DNA of 26,996 nucleotides, from positions 1 to 26,996 of the forward strand of contig JBGTHM010000080.1 of the NCBI GenBank assembly GCA_041746255.1, written 5' to 3'. Source of the stretch: Fibrobacteria bacterium (GTDB lineage: Bacteria > Fibrobacterota > Fibrobacteria > UBA11236). Position numbers and translations under genes: made by a program. This document shows, piece after piece, positions 24,804 through 26,996 of the stretch. How positions within the stretch are numbered: the stretch's first letter is position 1; each line of letters starts with the position of its first letter. The notes below the pieces were generated by a model. That model worked only from the letters and a program-made list of their open reading frames with translations. It did not search any database and was not told the DNA's origin.

Positions 24804-25856
24804 ATGCGCATCCCCATCTTGTCGACACTTTGGGTCCTGTTTGCGGCCGTGGCTCCCATCCATTCTCAAACCGGGGAAGAGTCCCCCGCGCCCGGTGCGC
24901 TCCCAAAACTGGACCAACGCGCCATTGTGCTCGAATACCAGGAAGGTAATTTCGATGCCCTCATCCGCGCCTTGGAAGGTTTCCAGTCCGAGCATAAAAA
25001 CTTTGCCGCCTCCGACAGCTTTTTCATTGCCCGATATTTTGGGGTGGTCTATTCGGTGAATCCCACCACCCGCGAAAGGGGCAAATATTATTTCTACCGC
25101 ATGCTCGAACTCAACCCGACCGCCGACTTGTTGGATCTGTTCGTCAGCGAATCCATCGATGCCATATTCCAAAGGGTGAAAAAAGAATTTCTGGTGCAAA
25201 GGCGTTATCGGGGCATCAACGACATGGGATTGGCCGAAACCGTGGAGAGGCAAAGGCGCGACACCTTGGTCGTGCGCGATACTTTGATTTTGATGAGGCA
25301 CGACTCCTCGGCGGCCCCGCTGCCTAAGGCCGCGCCGGTGGGTTTCACCGGTAACCTGAACGGCTTGATGGGGCTCAAGCTGATGGACAAGGAGGATTGG
25401 CCGCTCATTCACAAGCAAACCGCCATGAAGGTAATGCTCGATTTCCGCCAGGCCTCTTGGCCCATCCATGTCGCCGTCGATTTTCTCTACTCATCCAGTA
25501 AAAAAGCCTTCTTGCAAGACGTCGATGGAGAGTTGACTTCGGATTTCTACGAAGGGCGTACTTATGAAATCAACGGGGGTATACGAAAGATCCTCGACCC
25601 TTTCGAAAGCGTAAGACCCTACGCGGGCGTGGGAGTTTCCTATGCCATGGCCCGTATCCTGTTTCCCACCGCCAACCAGGATCATACCGAGGCCGCCTTT
25701 GGAGTCTGGGGCCAGGCGGGAATCTATTGGGAACTGGGAAGGCATTTCAATCTCGGCTTCGAAGCCAATTATTCCTGGAGCTCCATTCTCATCGCGAATA
25801 TCGAAGCCAACGCAGGCGGCCTCCATTTCGGTATGGTGCTAGGTTTCCACTACTAA
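24804..25856 (+). CDS. Outer-membrane beta-barrel protein with an N-terminal helical (TPR-like) domain
   Basis: Signal peptide MRIPILSTLWVLFAAVAPIHS. Alternating strands (VRPYAGVGVSY, FGVWGQAGIYW, FNLGFEANY). C-terminal aromatic beta-signal GMVLGFHY. Confidence 0.8.
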   Translation: MRIPILSTLWVLFAAVAPIHSQTGEESPAPGALPKLDQRAIVLEYQEGNFDALIRALEGFQSEHKNFAASDSFFIARYFGVVYSVNPTTRERGKYYFYRMLELNPTADLLDLFVSESIDAIFQRVKKEFLVQRRYRGINDMGLAETVERQRRDTLVVRDTLILMRHDSSAAPLPKAAPVGFTGNLNGLMGLKLMDKEDWPLIHKQTAMKVMLDFRQASWPIHVAVDFLYSSSKKAFLQDVDGELTSDFYEGRTYEINGGIRKILDPFESVRPYAGVGVSYAMARILFPTANQDHTEAAFGVWGQAGIYWELGRHFNLGFEANYSWSSILIANIEANAGGLHFGMVLGFHY

Positions 25857-25909
25857 AGTCCGAGCATTCCCAAAAGGCTGAATCGGCCTGTTGTCTTTCA
25901 CTTCCATCT

Positions 25910-26362
25910 TTATGTAATTCTAAGATCCAGGGGGATTCCTTCAGGTGGAGTGAAGATCAGACTGGAAAATCCGGTATGGGCAGGGTTAATCAGGTAATTG
26001 ATTTCGGTGGGCAAAGCTGCGCTTCTAACGGCCAGAAAGAGTGTGCGCTTGGATTTCAACCAGTCCACTCCATACCTTTGTGATTCGCCTTTATTCAAAA
26101 CCCAATCCTTGCTGTAATGGGTGTCTGGAACGATTTCAAGTGAAATGGAAGGGTCAACATCACATCGGGTAAAATGGTATTCCGTTCTGATAGCATCGAA
26201 TGCGACTTTGTTGGCGCGGAGTTCGAAAATACACATCGGTAAGGATGCGCAAAAATAGAGCACGGGAATTCCCAGGGGATGCCATCGCCCCTCTGAATGA
26301 TACCCTCCACTTGGATCCTGCGGCAAATGGGCTTTTCGGGTAATCCGATATAGGCTTAGCAA
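25910..26362 (-). CDS. RES-domain toxin (NAD+ phosphorylase family)
   Basis: LYRI, GRWHPLG.PVLY, conserved E, and VRSAALPTEINYLINPAH. The TTG start directly follows the antitoxin stop. Confidence 0.92.
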   Translation of the reverse strand: MLSLYRITRKAHLPQDPSGGYHSEGRWHPLGIPVLYFCASLPMCIFELRANKVAFDAIRTEYHFTRCDVDPSISLEIVPDTHYSKDWVLNKGESQRYGVDWLKSKRTLFLAVRSAALPTEINYLINPAHTGFSSLIFTPPEGIPLDLRIT

Positions 26363-26776
26363 CTAGAAAAACCCATACTCAATTTGATGGAGTACCGATT
26401 CTACTCGCCTTCTACCGGATTCGGTTTTTAATAGCCGCAATGGAATTTCGCCATTGAGGGAAAAAATGGGCTCGCGAATCCATTTTTTCACATTTTCGTC
26501 TGACCCAAGAACCTGTCTACCCAAATCGAAAATCGCTTTCATGATCAGCATTCGGTCCGCTTGCTGCTCCGACATTACGTTTTCTTTGCCTCTCCATCGA
26601 GAGAATGTTTTTGGAGTGATATCCAACACGCCTGCCATGTCTTTTACGGAAATATCGAAATTGGAAGTCAGCTCTTGCAAAACCTGATACGGCTTTGAAC
26701 CTGCCAAAGTCTTTTGGCGCGGGGTAGAAGCGCCTTTTTGATGCTTAACCTTGGATTTGGCTTTGACTGTTAACAT
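26363..26776 (-). CDS. Xre/MbcA/ParS antitoxin
   Basis: HTH (MAGVLDITPKTFSRW), EQQADR, and C-terminal W…PIFSLNGEIPLRLLKTESGRRRVESVLHQIEYG. Confidence 0.92.
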   Translation of the reverse strand: MLTVKAKSKVKHQKGASTPRQKTLAGSKPYQVLQELTSNFDISVKDMAGVLDITPKTFSRWRGKENVMSEQQADRMLIMKAIFDLGRQVLGSDENVKKWIREPIFSLNGEIPLRLLKTESGRRRVESVLHQIEYGFF

Positions 26777-26777
26777 G

Positions 26778-26832
26778 GGTAATTTGTCCCTTCTTATATG
26801 GACAAATTACCTCATGCAGGTTAGTAAGTCAA
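26778..26832 (-). promoter_or_regulatory. Sigma70-type promoter and overlapping operator of the Xre-RES operon
   Basis: TTGACT (26832-26827), 17 bp, TAATTT (26809-26804) on the minus strand. The perfect 12-bp inverted repeat GGTAATTTGTCC-N10-GGACAAATTACC (26778-26811) covers the -10 and RBS. Confidence 0.75.
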
Positions 26833-26996
26833 CCTAAACCGCCTAAAACGTAAAAATTGGCCATTTTTTCCAAAACCTTGATGTCTTGCTTGCAAGCCTA
26901 AGACGGGCAAACGAGTAATTCCTAACCATAGAACCGAAGAACCAAAGAACCGGAGCCGGATGCCGGTGCGATTTTTCCGGCGTCAGCGAAGCCCCC

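Noticed and set aside
23810..25469. Long minus-strand ORFs 23810-24547 and 24612-25469
   Set aside because: Antisense shadows of the aldehyde dehydrogenase and barrel genes.

Overview
A 27-kb accessory region of a Gram-negative bacterium. The Por/T9SS-type C-terminal domain and the style of the secreted proteins suggest Fibrobacterota/FCB group; this is inference only. Left to right it contains: (1) an IS21-type terminal repeat cluster at the window edge; (2) a three-gene secreted-protein operon headed by a 1345-aa T9SS-type cargo; (3) an orphan T6SS-related module (Tae4 amidase, WG-repeat lipoprotein, and an Hcp-OmpA/peptidoglycan-binding fusion) bracketed by two near-identical 26-bp palindromes in inverted orientation; (4) a histidine kinase with almost no sensor domain, convergent on an operon of a heme-oxygenase-like diiron enzyme and a LuxI/FeeM-like acyltransferase; (5) a 6.4-kb block bounded by 51-bp direct repeats, carrying two tandem lipoprotein units with a highly conserved 280-bp non-coding leader plus a 1422-aa RCC1/Ig/caspase-fold-like surface protein; (6) an orphan BrnA, a Phd-PIN toxin-antitoxin pair and an ACP-like/receiver fusion; (7) DUF748, aldehyde dehydrogenase and outer-membrane beta-barrel genes, and an Xre-RES toxin-antitoxin pair. 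The best candidates for an undescribed system are the palindrome-bracketed Hcp-fusion/Tae4 module, the diiron enzyme + acyl synthase + kinase + ACP-REC set (possible small-molecule signalling), and the conserved-leader lipoprotein units. All family calls come from motif recognition by eye; no database searches were run.
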